DNA from: Squalus acanthias
Lineage: Eukaryota
DNA length: 64,000 bases
Assembly (NCBI GenBank): GCA_030390025.1
Contig: CM059433.1
Span: 7,132,001 to 7,196,000 of the forward strand
Direction of reading: 5' to 3'
Notes under the pieces: generated by a model
The model's database searches: none
Told to the model about the DNA's origin: nothing
The model's input: the letters and a program-made list of their open reading frames with translations, nothing else
In this document: in pieces, positions 12,150-26,727 of the stretch
How positions within the stretch are numbered: position 1 is the stretch's first letter
How the letters are laid out: every line of letters starts with the position of its first letter
Position numbers and translations under genes: made by a program

Positions 12150-13375
12150 ATACAAGTGGCAACAAATTAGAAATTTAAGACACTTACAAGCAATTGGAGC
12201 ATTGCTAGCCAGAAGGCCAAGATGATTAAATATGTGGAGGCGCATCGGTATTTACTGACGAGAATTTTGGAGAGGTGAATGCTTAAGTGAGGGCGAGATG
12301 AGGAATATTGTGATGGCTTAATGGAAAATTTTAAATCCATTAGTTGAAGGAAGACAGAAATGCCAGCGCCTGAGAGAATTCATGCTAGGATCCTGAAGTT
12401 GAGGGAGGAAATTGCAAGAGCCCAAGAAATTATATTTTGAGGCTCTATGGAATGTGGACATGTGCTAGATGTTGGGAGTGGCCAATGTAGTACCCACTTT
12501 TGAAAATGGAAACCGAGCTCACATGGGTAATTACAGGCTAGTTAGCTTAACCTCCTGTGCAAAGGAAAATTTTTAAGAATGAAATTACTATGCATCTAGA
12601 TGAAGAGAAAATAATTGGAAGTAACCAGCATGGATTTCAAAAACATTTTTGAGCAGGCAAAGGGCTTAGTAGATAGGAAGGATGGGGGGGAAGATGCAGT
12701 GGATGTAGCATACATGGACTTTTAACAAAGACTTGACAAGGTGAATGTGGGAATGAGTGTATTAGAGAAGATTAAGGGATATGGAATTGGGGAGAAGATA
12801 GCAAGCTGGATTAAAACATTTTAGGAAGAAGCCTGTAGGAATTGAGGGCATTTCTTCTGGGTAGTGGTGCCCCTCAGGGTTCAGTGGGCCACATACTGTG
12901 TTCACTGTACATATCGGTGATTTGGATTTAGGCCTATAGGGATGGATCACAACATTTTAAAATACCAAAGTAGGTGATAGTTAATTCTTCAGAAGGCTGG
13001 AAGCAATTACAAACTGATATGGGGGGGGATGGGCTAAAGCAGCAGATGGAATTCAATGTCAGTAAGTGTAAGGTGATGCATTTTGGTTGTAAAGAAAAGC
13101 AATAATTATGTTCAATCCAGAGTAGGTTCTGTGCTGCGGAGAGCAGAGGGATTTGGGGGTACAGGCTTATAGGATGTTAAAAGACAGCACTGCAGGTTAT
13201 GGCTACATTTAAAAAAAAAAAAACACACATTCTAGGTTTCATTTTGAGCTAAAATATAAATGCCAAGAGGTAATGAGCCTACATCAAACCATAAGGCCTC
13301 GGAGGGCTATGTGCAGTATTAGCCTCCACACTACAGGACAGATACTGGGGCTCCAGCGAGGGATGCTGCCTGGTT
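12150..13375 (+). mobile_element. old degraded CR1 RT fragment in YWHAQ intron
   Basis: Remnants GCCAATGTAGTACCC, AATTACAGGCTAGTTAGC, CAGCATGGATTT and GTGCCCCTCAGGGTTCAGT. No long ORF. Confidence 0.7.
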
Positions 13376-14795
13376 TAAGAACATAACATAAGAAATAGGA
13401 GCAGGAGTTGGCTTCAGGGGGATATAGACAGGCTAAGTGAGTGGGCAAGAACATAGCAAATGGAATATAAATGTGGAGAAATGTGAAGTTATCCACTTTG
13501 GTAGGAAAAATAGAAAAGCAGAGTATTTTTTAAATGAGGGGATTGGGAAATGTTGGTGTTCAGAGGAACCTGGGTGTCCTTGTGCACAAATCAAAGTTAA
13601 CATGCAGGTATAGCAAGCAATTAAGAAAGCAAATGGTATGTTGGCTTTTATTACAAAGAGGATTTGAGTATGAGTAAAGACGTCTTACTGCAATTATATA
13701 GGGCCCTGGCGAGACCACATCTAGAGTATTGTGTACAGTTTTGGTCTCCTTACAACTTGCATTCCCACCTATCATCAGTAAACTTGGATATAATACATTT
13801 GGTCCCCTCATCCAAATCACTGATCTAGATTGTGAATAGCTGAGGCCCAAGCACTGATCCTTGTGGTACCCCACTAGTTAATAACCTCTTGTGTGGCACC
13901 TTATTGAATGCCTTCTGAAAATCTAAATAGACCACATCCACTGGTTCCCCCTTAGCTATTCTGCTAGTTACAAACTCAAATTTGTCAAACATGATTTCCC
14001 TTTCATAAGTCCATGTTGACTCTGCCCAATCCTATTATTTTCTAAGTGCCCTGTTATCATGTCCTTAATAATAGATTCTAGCATTTTCCCCACTACTGAT
14101 GTCAGGCTAACTGGTCTGCAGTTCCCTGTTTTCTCTCTCCCTCCTTTCTTAAATAGTGGTTACATTTGCAAACCCTAGGATGTAGGTGATCAGGTCCAGG
14201 GGATTTATCAGCTTTCAGTCCCATTAATTTCTCCTGTACTTTCAGTTCCTCATTCTCTCTAGACCCTTGGTTCTCCACTATTTCTGGGAAGTTTTGTGTC
14301 TTCCATGAAGGCAGACAAAGTATTTGTTTAAATTCTCTGCCATTTCCTTATTGCCCATTATAATTTCTCCTAACTCAGTCTGTAAGGGACCTACACTTAC
14401 TTTTGCTAATCTTTTCCTTTTTACACAGAAGCTTTTAAAGTCATATGTCTCTTGCTAGTTTACTCCTATTCTATTTTCCTTTATCAATTTCTTGGTCTTC
14501 CTTTGCTGAATTCTAAAATTCTCCCAATCTTCAGGCTCACTACTCTTTTTGGCAACATTATAAGCCTCTTCCTTTGGTCTAATACTATCTAACTTCTTGT
14601 TAGCCACAGTTAGACCACTTCCTGTGGGGTTTTGTGCCTTAAAGGATTGTATATTTGTTGTAAATGATGTATTAATTCTTTAAATACTAGCCATTGCTTG
14701 TCTACTGTCCAATTCTCCCCTCATACCTATGTAGTTTGTTTTGTTTAGGTTTAAGACCCTAGTTTCAGATTTAACTAAATCATTTCAGACTTAAT

Positions 14796-15456
14796 GGGCC
14801 GTATTTTCCGATCGGAGGCTTCCCGTGTGCGGAGGCCTCCGATCTGGAAAAAAATCTACGCACTTACCTGAGGGCTCCCGAGGTGCGTATAGTTCCGATG
14901 CTGGCCCTCTCCCAAGTGCGCAGGGCCCATGTATCCCAGAGGTGCATGCGGTTCGCAAGCGTCCGTGGGATCACGTGGGCCGTGGGGAGCCAATCAAAGA
15001 AAGGAATCTCCCTTCATACACTTGACAGATAGACCTGTCAAATATATAAATGGAGATCACCCCAAAAACACTTGCATTAAAAATTTTTTTTAAAAAAATC
15101 ACATTTTTAAAATTAGTTGAAATTACAAATTAAATATTTAAACATTTAATTTTTTGAAAGTTTTTTACAAGACTAATAAACTTTTTAAAATGATAAATGA
15201 GTGAAAAAAAATTTCACTTTTTTTCAACTCTTCTCCTGGTCTTTTACCAGACGTAAGAATTCTAAGGGTTTTCTGCAGGCGGAGTCTCCAGAAAGCGGAA
15301 CTCTCTGCCCGCGAAGGCTCTTTCCAGGGCAGGCGTCTGATCTGTCGAGCATTCGTGACAGATCAGAAATGCCGGTTTTCAGTGCATGCCTGAAACCAGC
15401 ATTTCTGATGTCCCTACAGGTGTGTACACACCCGTAGGCATTGGAATATCCAGCCC
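14796..15456. mobile_element. PIF/Harbinger-type MITE nested in CR1
   Basis: TIR-like ends GGGCCGTATTTTCCGAT / rc GGGCTGGATATTCCAAT. 3-bp flanks AAT/CAT. The host CR1 sequence is continuous across it. Confidence 0.75.
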
Positions 15457-16812
15457 CATATAAAATTCTATCATATGGCCACTCTTCCCTAAAGGCTCCT
15501 TTACTACAGGTTATTAATTAACCCTTTGTCATTGCACAATACTAGATCTAAAATAGCCTGTTCCCTAATTGGTTCCTCAACATACTGACCTAGAAAACTA
15601 TCTTGCATACATTCCATGAATTCGTCCTCCACACTAATACTGCAAATTTGGTTTACCCAGTCTATATGTAGATTAAAGTCCCCCCATGATTACTGTTACC
15701 CTTGTTACATGCACCTCTAATTTCCTGATTTATACTCTGCCCTACATTACAACTACTGTTTGGGGGTGCGTATAAACAACTCCCACCACTGTTTTCTGCC
15801 CCTTGCTGTTTCTTAGCTCCACCCAAACTGATTCTACTACTTGATTTTGGAGCTAAGATCCTTTCTCTCATGTCTTTATCCCATCCTTTATTATCAGGGC
15901 TACCCCTCCCCTTTTTCCATTTTGCCTATCTCTTCTAAAAGTTAAGTATCCTGGAATATTTAGTTCCCAACCTTGGTCACTTTGCAACCACATCTCCGTA
16001 ATGGCTATTAGATCAAACCTATTAATTTCTATCTGAGCTATTAATTCATCTATTTTTGTTGCGAATGCTTTGCGCATTCAGATATAGTGCCTTTAGCTTT
16101 GACTCTTCTATTTTTCCCTGATGTCACTGTTGCCCTATTACCTTTGCTACTCTCTGTCCCTTCCTGACCCACTCTGCTTATTTTTACCCAAAATGCTGCT
16201 CTGCTCCATAGACTTGACATTTCTCTTGCTGCTTTTAAATTTACTCTTTCATGAATCCTCCCACCCCATCATTAGTTTAAAGCCCTGTCTACTGCCCATG
16301 TTATTAGATTTGCCAGGACAGTGGTTCCAGCCTGGTTTAAGTGGTGCCTGTCCAATGGAACAGCTCCTTCTTGCCCCAGTACTAGTGCCAGTGCCTCATG
16401 AAGCAAAACCCCTGCCTCCCACACCACTTTGAGACATGCATTTAACTGTCTAATCTGCTTATCCTATGTCAATTGTCATGTGGCTCTGGTAACAATCCAG
16501 AGATGATTACCTTTGAGGTTCTGTGTTTTAATTTGGACCCCAACTCTTCAAACTCTCAGCAGAACCTTTTTCCTAGTTCTACCTATGTCATTGGTTCCAA
16601 CGTGGACCACCACAACTGGATCCTCCCCTTCCCACTCCCAAGTTCTCCAGCCGCGAGGGGATGTCTTTAACCCTGGCACCGGGCAGGCAACACAACCTTC
16701 GGAACGCCCGGTCGTAGCTGCAGAGAACAGTATCTATCCCTCTGACTATACTGTCCCCTACCACAACTACATTCCCTTTCACTCTTTTCCCCCCCCCCCC
16801 CCACACACACTT

Positions 16813-18062
16813 ACATAGACATAGAAACATAGAAGATAGGAGCAGGAGTAGGCCATTCGGCCCCCTCGAGCCTGCTCCGCCATTCAATGCGATCATGGCT
16901 GATCATCCAAATTCAGTACCCTGTCCCTGCTTTCTCCCCATATCCCTTGATCCCCTTAGCCTTAAGAAATATATCTAATTCCTTCTTGAATATATTTAAT
17001 GAATTGGACTCAACTGTCTTCTGTGGTAGAGAATTCCACAGGTTCACCACTCTCTCTCTGGGTGAAGAAATTCCTCCTCATCTCAGTACTAAATGGCTTA
17101 CCCCTTATCCTTGGACTGTGACCCCTGGTTCTGGACTTCCCCACCATCAGGAACATCCTTCCTGCATCTAGTCTGTCTAGTCCGGTTAGAATTTTATAAG
17201 TTTCAATGAGATCCCCTCTCATTCTTCTAAACTCTAGCGAATACAAGCCCAATCGACCCAATCTCTCTTCATACGTCATTCCTGCCATCCCAGGTATCAG
17301 TCTGGTGAATCTTCGCTGCACTCCCTCCATGGCAAGAACATCCTTCCTCAGATAAGGCAACCAAAACTGCACAATACTCAAGGTGTGGTCTCACCAAGGC
17401 CCTGTACAACTGCAGCAGGACATCTTTGCTCCTGTACTCGAATCCTCTCGCTACGAAGGCCAACATACCATTTGCCGCCTTAACCGCCTGCATGCTTACC
17501 TTCAGCGACTGGTGCACAAGGACACCCAGGTCTCGTTGCACTTCCCCTTTTCCCAATCTATTGCTGTTCAGATAATCTGCCTTCCTGTTTTTGCCACAAG
17601 TGGATAACCTTGCATTTATCCACATTGGGCAGATGCAGTATAATCACCTAACCTGTCCAAATCATACTGGAGTTTCTCTGCATCCTCCTCACAGCACACA
17701 TGCCCACCCAGCTTTGTGTCGTCTGTAAACTTGGAGATATTACATCTAGTTCCCTCGTCTAGATCATTAATATATGTGAATAACTGGGATCCTAGCACCG
17801 ATCCCTGTGGTACCCCACTAGTCACTGCCTGCCACTCTGAAAAAGACCTGTTTATTCCAACTCTTTGCTTCCTGTTTTCTATCCAGGACAGTACCTTACC
17901 ACCAATCCCGTGTGCTTTAACTTTGCACGCTAATCTCTTATGCGGGACCTTATCGAAAGCCTTCTGAAAGTCTAAATACACCACATCCACTGGTTCTCCC
18001 TTATCTATTCTACCAGTTACATCCTCAAAAAATTCCAATAGATTAGTCAAGCATGATTTACC
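16813..18062 (-). mobile_element. young 5'-truncated CR1 nested in ORF1 of the older CR1
   Basis: Very similar to rc of 2280-3545 (KSCLTNLLEFFEDVT, LDFQKAFDKV). Tail is ACATAGAAACATAGAAG. Confidence 0.92.
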
Positions 18063-21000
18063 ACTTGAATGGCCTCCTGCGCCATCGTCAGTTTGATCAT
18101 CCATCCTGCAGGCTTTTCCCTCATCCACACAGGCAGCAAGAACCTCCATACCTGTTGGATAAGGACACATTCTAAGGCTCCTCCAGTACTGCACCTGGGG
18201 TCCCCTTGCCTGCCTGAGTTAGTCACACCTTTCTGTCCCTGATCACTAACCAGACCTGTACCACTACCTAACCTGAGGAGTGTGACTGCCTCCTGGATCA
18301 AAGTGTCCAGGTAACTCTCCCCATCCCTGATTCCCCACAATGTCTGCACCTCAGACTCCAGCTCAAAGTCTGAGCTGAAGTTCCTAAAGATGCAGGCACT
18401 TACTGCAAACGTGGTTGTCCGGGATCACAATGCTCTGCACAAACTCCCACATGCTGCAGTTGTGGCACACCACCTGCAGTGCCATCCCGATATTACCTTG
18501 TTATATTTAATTAAATGTAATTAAATTTGTATTTAAGTAACTTAGTTTACAGTTTAGTTTCTTGTCTACTTAATCTAGATTAAGTTATGGGTTATGAAAT
18601 TAAATATCTACCTGTAACACAGCACTACAAGTAGTGTAGGCAAAAAGCAGCAACTCCTTTGCCCTCTTCGAATTTCCACTCATTCCAAATCCTCAAATAA
18701 AACAATGTTTCCAGAAATAAAGGAAAATTGGGGACTTTTTTCATTGGAACAATGCAGATTACATGGCAAAATATAGAAGTTGACTTTAGACTTTTTCCAT
18801 TGGTTGAAGGGTCAAAAATGAGTGGACATAAGATTAAATGTAAGACTTAGAACAGTCCAGGCGAAACTTCTTCAAAGGTGTAAGGATACAGAATTCACTT
18901 CCATGGTTAGTAGTTTAAGCAGAAACTGTCAAAATTCAACATTAGATTGTATAGATGAATGAAAGAGGGTTTGAAGGGATGAGAACTGGGTGGGTAAAGG
19001 TGAGGTGAGCTATTTGCTTGTCGTGGGCTAAATGATCAATTTCCATGTTGTAACCCATATGTACTTTGTAGCACTTTAAAGAAATTGTGGTGGGGAAATT
19101 TAACCTTCACTAACTGAGAATCACCACAGTATCTTTATTTCCAGCCAAAGAAAGAGGATGGGCATCCCAAATTGTCCTGAACTTTGCCAGGCTGGTTCAA
19201 GCAGCCGAGAGCAACTAATGTTCTGGGCTACCTGACCTTGCCTTACTGTAACCAGCAAGAAGGATTTAGAATTCATTGTTTCTACATTGTGGATTAGCTG
19301 CTTCAAATTTGATACATACTGAAGTCCAGGTCTACATGAGGAGAAAAATCATATTTCCACAGCCCCACCAACTGGATACATGAAAGTGTTACTCAAGTTA
19401 AATGATGCATTTCATTTTTTAAAGTTTAGGTGGGAGAAGAGGAGAATGGCAGTGATTTGAGCTAGCATGACTTGGGTAGGGGAAATGACAGAAAAAGCTA
19501 CTGGTGACTGGAATTGCAGCAAAGATTCCTGATGTTTTAATGGTTTAATCTGCCTAACCTACAGAAGCATGGAGGATTTTTTGAATTGGCTGCATTGCTG
19601 ACCAAAGGTGGCATCAAAAGGCAGAAAAGTTGCCTCAATTGATTATTGTGGGTCTTAAATGCTGGTGCCTAAATGTGATGGAGCTAATGTTGCTATTGCC
19701 AAACAACATATGTCATCCAACCAATGGATGCTAGTCTGGCTTGTGCTATGAAACTCTGCTACAAGAAATGTTTATGGAGTGTTTGGTGTGCCTGATGCTG
19801 GCATGACATTTGAGTTTGATCTGCAGGTGATCCACATGTTCCATTCATAATGGGAGGAGGAGCTGATGACAGAACCCATTGATAATTGGCTTGGGTGCTA
19901 TAAATTATCCCACAGACGGGGAACCTTTTTAGTGCATTAGTTCTGACTGCCAGCAGTATTTGAATCCATTGTTGATGTGAAGTAAGACTTGACCTATCAA
20001 TTGATGATCAACATTGTGTAGCAGGATGCTGCTTCTGGTGGGGCTGTACATAGTAAATAGAAGTTGCAGCATGGAAATGGGCCATTCAACCCAAACTGTC
20101 CATGTCTGCTTTTATCCTACATGAGCAAGAGGCCAAAGCAAGTGTCCACTGAGCAAACAGTGAACACAACTAACCTACCACCACTGCAAAGCCAATTTCT
20201 GCACTAAATTGGAAGTTCTGTGGATGAATATGCTGTTGGCCACAATCAGTCTTTTACAATGGCTGAATTTTGTATTATGCAATTTGATGTGCTCAAGTTT
20301 TCATTTGCTTCATTAGAGGTTTTGTTTCATGGTATCCTTTTTAACATTTCCTCACGTGTTCCTGTAATGTTCTACTGTGCTGTTTCATCAATTGAAATTA
20401 TTGGATGGTTCCAAATTAAAATATTTCTAATTAAAAAAAAAAAAAAATTGGAAGTGCAGCTTAACCCTTAAATTTATCCTAAGTCTTGGGTAACTTGCAA
20501 ATTGTACCTGATATTTTCAGCCTTTGTGAAGCTCTGTTTATAAAAAAAATTAAAAAAATTACTCTTTGGCTAACTTATTTCAATCTCTAGTTATGCTTGG
20601 TTTCAAGGTGGGAATTTTTTCAAAAGCCTAGGTTGGCTTGTGGAAAATTGCCAGCCAGACTTGGCAGGGAGCTTGATGCTTCTGGGCCAGTCAAAGCATA
20701 ACTGGGGAGTGGATCTGTGTTGAGTACCCCACTAGTTGTACTAGAGCTCTTAGCTTCAGGCTGGTTTTGAGCACTTTGTACATTCCCCCCCCCCCACACT
20801 CCTTATACAGAGGGTGGAGAGAAGACTGATTGTTCCTTGGCCGCCACGCCAAACTTTCAATTGGAGGACCTGGACAAAATTTGGAAGTGGGATTACACTT
20901 CAAGACAAATACTCAATTGTGTTTGGTAGGTGGAATAACATACTGCTTGGATAATGGTCTAAATGGGATAGAGGTGCAAAGGGGGTCCAGATACACAACC

Positions 21001-21079
21001 TGCATTTCTACTTTTAATGATAACAGCCATAAAGTGCAAATGAACAGGAGTTTATTTCTAGGGAGAGAATTAAGTGGGG

Positions 21080-21790
21080 AGCATGTGCAACTTGTTACCA
21101 CATTGAGTGGTTGAGGTGAATAGCATAGATACATGCATGAGGGAGAAAGGAATAGAAGGGTATGCTGATGGGGTGAAAAGAAGAGGTGGGAGGAGGCTCA
21201 TGTGGCACATGGACCAGTTGGGCCAAATAGATTTTACAGCACTGAAAAAGGCCATGTAATTCTGTTAAACTTGTATAGAACCTTGGTTAGATCGCACTGT
21301 TCTAGTCTCCATATTGTAAAAATATATAGAAGCCCTGAGTGCACAAGATTTACAAGGATGATACCAGAACGGAGAAGGTTCAACTATCAAAGATTGAATA
21401 GGCTGGGGCTCTTTTCTCTAGAAAAGGCTGAGGTGACCTGATAGGTCTTGACCCTATTGAACCCCTTCAACATTTTAATGTAAGGAGGATATTTCCACTT
21501 GTAGGGAAATCCAAAACTAGGGGCCATAAATATAAGGTAGTCACTAATAAATCCAATAAGGAATTCAGGAGAAATTTCTTTACCCAGAGAGTGGTTAGAA
21601 TGTGGAACTTGCTACCACATGGTGTAGTTGAGGTGAATAGCATAAATGCATTTAAGGGGAAGCTAGATTAGTACATAAGGGGGAAATGATGGGGTGAGGT
21701 GGGAGGAGGCTCATGTGGAGCATAAACACTGCCATAGACCTGTTTTAAATGGCCTGTTTCCAATCTGTAAAATTTGATGTGATTCTGTGT
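21080..21790 (+). mobile_element. CR1 3' fragments (two adjacent)
   Basis: LYRTLVRS...RFTRMIP and the GGAATTCAGGAGAAATTTCTTTACCCAGAGAGTGG tail region. Confidence 0.75.
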
Positions 21791-23659
21791 TGGACTAAAT
21801 GGAAAGACAACCTGAATACAAACTTGGCATACTGGAGTTTTTTGACAAGTCCACATCAAAAACTCATCTGTTCTCTTCGCAGATGGTGCCTGACCTGAGT
21901 GCGTTCAGCAATTTCTGTTTTGTTTAGAACATGGATCAGAACAGAAGCTGTTGTACTGAAATTGTACAGCCATACCTTGTACTATGTTCAGTTTTGGTAA
22001 CGGAGACAAAAGGGGAAACTTCAAGTGGTGGATAGAAGGTGTCTTGAGTTAGGAGGATAAGCTAGAGGGAAAAAATTAACTTTAAGGTGGGGTCATAGGT
22101 GTTGGATATAAAGTCCATACTTGGACCATGTCTAGAGGATAAAGCAATTAACTGATGAAAGCAAGTTCAGATTCATGTTGGAGCAATTCATGACAAGTGA
22201 TCAATTCCTGGTATGGCTTTTCTGGTTTAGGTAGGGTTCTGGAGGTAAACTATTTGCAGTGATTTTTTTGTATGTATTTACATGGATTGTTAAGCATTTT
22301 CACTTCACCAGTTTTATGTAGTTATGCAGCCTAATCTGGAACCTGAAAGATCCTCCCTTCTCCAAGCAGTCACATTCACTTTGTTTTGATAGAATTTACA
22401 TTACACAAGCTTAGCATTGGTGTGAAGCAGAAATTATGAAGGTGGAAGAACCAGGGGTTTCAGTAAAAGAATGAGCTAAATGACCTCCATCTTGACCTAT
22501 GAAAGTTCATCAGTGTAATTAATATCATGTATGTCCACTCCCATTGACATGATTGCATCTTTCACTCAATGTCTTGTTCTGAAAATTGAGTATTAACCTT
22601 TATAGTCTACTCCCATTAACTCAGTTACATGTTTATTTTGCACACAAGGATCAAACTATCCAATAGTTTGAATTAAGTTACTTTAATATCTTTTTGGTGC
22701 TCGGGAGAAAAAATTGATTCAAATCAATTCAGTGACTTTGAATTAAGTGAACTGTATACTGCTGCTCTGCGCTCCCATCTGTTGCCTGAAAAGCCCTCTC
22801 CCTCCCACACTATGCATCATTGTCAACCACTCTACCTCTGCACTGAGTGATCTGTTGCTGTTAACCTTGCCCTCTTTGTACTGAAAGTCCTCTTAACCTG
22901 TCCCTCCATATAAACTACTCCATTCATAGCTCACACTCGACTGTGGCATCTTCAGTGGCCTCAGTCACCAACTATGTCTTTGTATTCCTTACCCTCCTTC
23001 AATCTCATTTCTTTCTGCATTGGCCTCAAACTTTTTGCACTTTTTTGTTTTCTCTTCCTCCCCCCAAGTCCCTTCCATTAATTAACTTGTAACTGAGATC
23101 CAACACTCGTGATGGTGCTTTATTAAGTGATTTACTTGTTAATGTATAACTCGAAAGTACAACCATAGTGCTCAAAATACATTTTTTTTCTAGGATACCA
23201 GCATGTTTTGGTTTCAAAAGTCTTAACATTTCACTCAGTTTCAAGTATAGTTGTAAATTAACTTTTTTTAAACTGCCAGCAGTCCAAATTGTCCTGTTTG
23301 GAAAAATATTTTTTCTGTTGTCTTCTCCCCACCTACTGGTCCTGTTCTGTCCCTCTTCTCCTGAGGGTTTTAAACTTGTGATGTACAATGACAATTATAC
23401 TACACTGTTTTGACCTGAATTCTATAGGTATAAATGTTACATGGGTCATAAATCTTTCATGTTTGCCTGTTAATGTTTCAACATATGGCAAATTCAGATG
23501 GAAAATAATTAGAGTTCATAAAGAGTATTGTGTAAATGTAACACCACTTTGCCAATATGCCCTGTTCTGTTGTAAAGACCTACTGAGATGGTTGCCTACA
23601 CCTCAATGTGGCTGCTACTCCCATTCTCCTAAGATTTCCTGTATTCTGTTAACAATTGG

Positions 23660-26040
23660 AGAGGCATAGGAGTTTTGGGAAGAGAACTCTAGTGTTGCAC
23701 CAAGGTGGCTGAAGGCACGGTTGGTAGCAGTGGGGAGGATGCACAAGGGATGAGAGGGAGTGGTGCAGCTGGTAGAGGTAGGAAGGGGTGAGGCCACAAA
23801 GGGATTTAAACACTAAGATGAGAATTATATTTTGAGATATAGTGGAACTAAGACCTAGTGTCTGTCAACAAGGACAGGAGTGAAGGGTGAGTGGAACTTA
23901 GTGTGTGATGGGATACAGGCAGCAGATTTTTGGTTGAGCTGACGTTTAGTGGGTGGAGGATGCAAGGCTGGTCAAGAGCATTGGAATAGTCTGATCTGAA
24001 GAGACTGTGGCATGGGTGAGGATTTCAGTAGCAGGTGTGCTGAGTTACAGGTAGATGTGGGTAATGTTAATTGTTTTTTTGTAATGGAGAGGGTATGGGG
24101 TTGGCAGCTTGGTTTGGGGTTGACCAGGACAGAGGTTGCAAACCGTGTGGTGAACCTGAAGCCAAGTGGCGTTTTGAAGGTGATGGCTTTGGTCTTCCCA
24201 TTGCTTATTTAACTGGAGGAAATTGTAGATTATCCAAAACTGGATGTGATTCCATTTGTAAACCAAGTGATAGCAGTCCCACCGTGTTGGACAATGGAGG
24301 CAGGTGTTGGCGCATGATGTGGTCAGTTGTTAACTGCAGTGGTCAAGGAGGATGAGGTGGGATAATGTGCAGTGGTCACAGTCATAAGGAATGCCATTTG
24401 TGACTGATTAGGGTTGTTTTGGTGCTATGGCAGAGGTGGGCACCTATTCAGGGGGTGACCTGTTTGAGGACTGTAAAGGGAGGTTGAAGATGGGGTGGTA
24501 ATTTGTAAGGACTGAAGTGTCAAGGGTAAGTTTTTTTTGGGAGGGGGTGGTGATTGTGATTTTTTGAAAGGGAGATGACCATGCTGGAGGAGAAGGAACT
24601 ATTAACGATGTCAGTTAGCAAGAGTGCAAGCATGGGCAGCTGGGTGGTGAGCAGTTTAGTGGGAATGAGGTTAAAGAAGAAATGGGTTAGTGGGACTTTT
24701 TGGAGGGGGGAGATTTGGCTTGATGAGGAAAGTAGCAGATGATAGGGACAGGAGTAGGCCATTTAACCCTGCAAGCCTATTCTGCCATTGTGAGATCATG
24801 GCTGATCTGTGACCTAACTCCATATACCTGTCTTTGGCCCATATCCCTTAATACCTTTTGGTTAACAATTGATCTAGCATCAGTTGCTGTTTGCAGAAGA
24901 GTTCCAAACTTCTACCACCCTGTGTGTGTAGAAGTGTTTCCTAACTTCACTCCTGAGGGGTCTGGCTCTAACTTTTAGACTATGCCCCCTAGTCCTAGTC
25001 TCCCTAACCAGCAGAAATGGTTTTTCTCTTTCTACCCTATCTGTTCCCTTTTAATATCTTCAACTTTGTTCAAATCACCCCATACCTTCTAAATTCTAGG
25101 GAATACAACCCTAATTTATGTAATCTCTTGTAATTTAACCCTTGAAGTCTGGATATCATTCTAGTAAACCTACACTGCACTCTCTCCTAGGCCAATATAT
25201 CCTTCCTAAGGTGTGGTGCCCAGAACTGCTCGCAGTACTCCAGGTGTGGTCTAACCAGGGTTTTGTATAGCTGCAGCATAACTTCTACCCCCTTGTATTC
25301 TAGTCCTCTAGATTTAAAGGCCAACATTCCATTAGCCTTTTTGATTATTTTCTGTACCTGTTCATGACATTTTAATCTGTCTTTGGACCTCCACTGTTTT
25401 TAGCTTTTCACAATTTAGAAAGTACCCTGTTCTTTTTAGGTCCCAGTGGATGACCTCACATTTGCCTACATTGAAATCCATTTGCCACAGTTTTGCCCTT
25501 CGTTTAATCTATCAATATCTCTTTGTAATTTTATGATTTCATTTACAATGCTGCCTATCTTTGTCATTGGCAAATTTGGATACATGACTTTCTATGCCAT
25601 CATCGGAGTTATTAATAAATGCTGTGAATAGTTGAGGCCCCAACACTGATCCTTGTGGGATCTTCATCTTGGTGACGTGAGTCCATGAACTCACGGCAAC
25701 TGGTGAGGATGGAGGGGGGGGGGCAGGAGAAAGGGGTTTAAGGAAATAGTTGGTAGTGGCAAAAAGCAAAAAAAAACTCTCTGGCTACTCCCAGGATAAT
25801 TCTGGAGAGTGAGTGAGGCCTGGTGGCAGTCGATAGTTCTGCCAGATCCAGCAATAGCTGGCTAAGCCATTTGTATGTCAGCATGCTGAAGTCTGTTCCT
25901 CTTGGACTTGAGGCAGCAAAGATGGGGAGGGGGTGCCATTCCAGTGGGAATGACTGGGATGGGAACAAGTAAAAGTTTTGTTGGGGTGGAGAAAATTGAT
26001 GGCAGTGGAAGTATTGCGAATGGAGGGCCAAGCTGCTTGA
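23660..26040 (-). mobile_element. old L2 fragments with a nested minus-strand CR1 3' part (about 24740-25660)
   Basis: Reverse similarity to the L2 at 45738-47026. CR1 tail ATAGGGACAGGAGTAGGCC at 24742 and PQGSVLGPQLF near 25650. Confidence 0.7.
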
Positions 26041-26603
26041 GTGCTATGTTGTATTTCATTTAATACAGGGTTTAAGATGGGGAGAGGTGGTGAGTACTGT
26101 ACTGTAGTTATTGGTTGAAATTTGCTTATCCAAACCTATTGACTTGGTACCCTCTTTTTCCCTCAATATTAAAATCAAGAAACTGATCACACTATATTGT
26201 AATGTCTCCAGGTACCATCTCAATCATAGCTAGTGATGGCAGATTCTAATATCTTAGTGCATAACTTTGTTTTGCCTACAGTCCATCTAATGTTGAAGGC
26301 TTTTGTACCTTGACAGCATTGCTATAATGTCTTGCTAATTGAGATGCTGTTTTGTTTGTGGCAAAATAGAAATGTTGAAGTTTACTGTTACCAATTATTT
26401 CAACTAGTATGCTGAACACAAGTTAAGACTTGACCAGGTTTAATGGCTTACTTGCTCTTTTTTTCTCCTCACCCCCAAACTTGCGTAAACTGGGGTAATT
26501 ATGGTATGCAAGTCGTGGCATTTTAGTGCTTCTGAAACATGTTCTTACTTTGCATTAAACATTTAACTTGCTAGAGGTTTGACTTCTGTTTTCTTTTCTT
26601 TAG

Positions 26604-26727
26604 GGATTGTTGGATAATTACTTAATTCCCAATGCTAGCAATCCAGAAAGCAAGGTCTTCTACCTGAAAATGAAGGGTGATTACTATCGGTACCTTGCTG
26701 AAGTTGCTTCTGGAGATGACCGAAAAC
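26604..26727 (+). CDS. YWHAQ: 14-3-3 theta-like coding exon 2 (124 nt)
   Basis: [56 protein letters not shown]. Confidence 0.97.

Larger units (their letters stand above)
13381..18490 (-). mobile_element. near full-length decayed CR1 (zinc-finger/esterase ORF1, APE-RT ORF2) with an internal inversion and two nested insertions
   Basis: ORF1 start MALQVVCHNCSMWE...CSKC at 18485. SGNH motif VVVVGDSIVRG near 16750. APE motif DLIAITEMWL at 15868-16077. RT remnants. Tail at 13381-13408. Confidence 0.9.
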
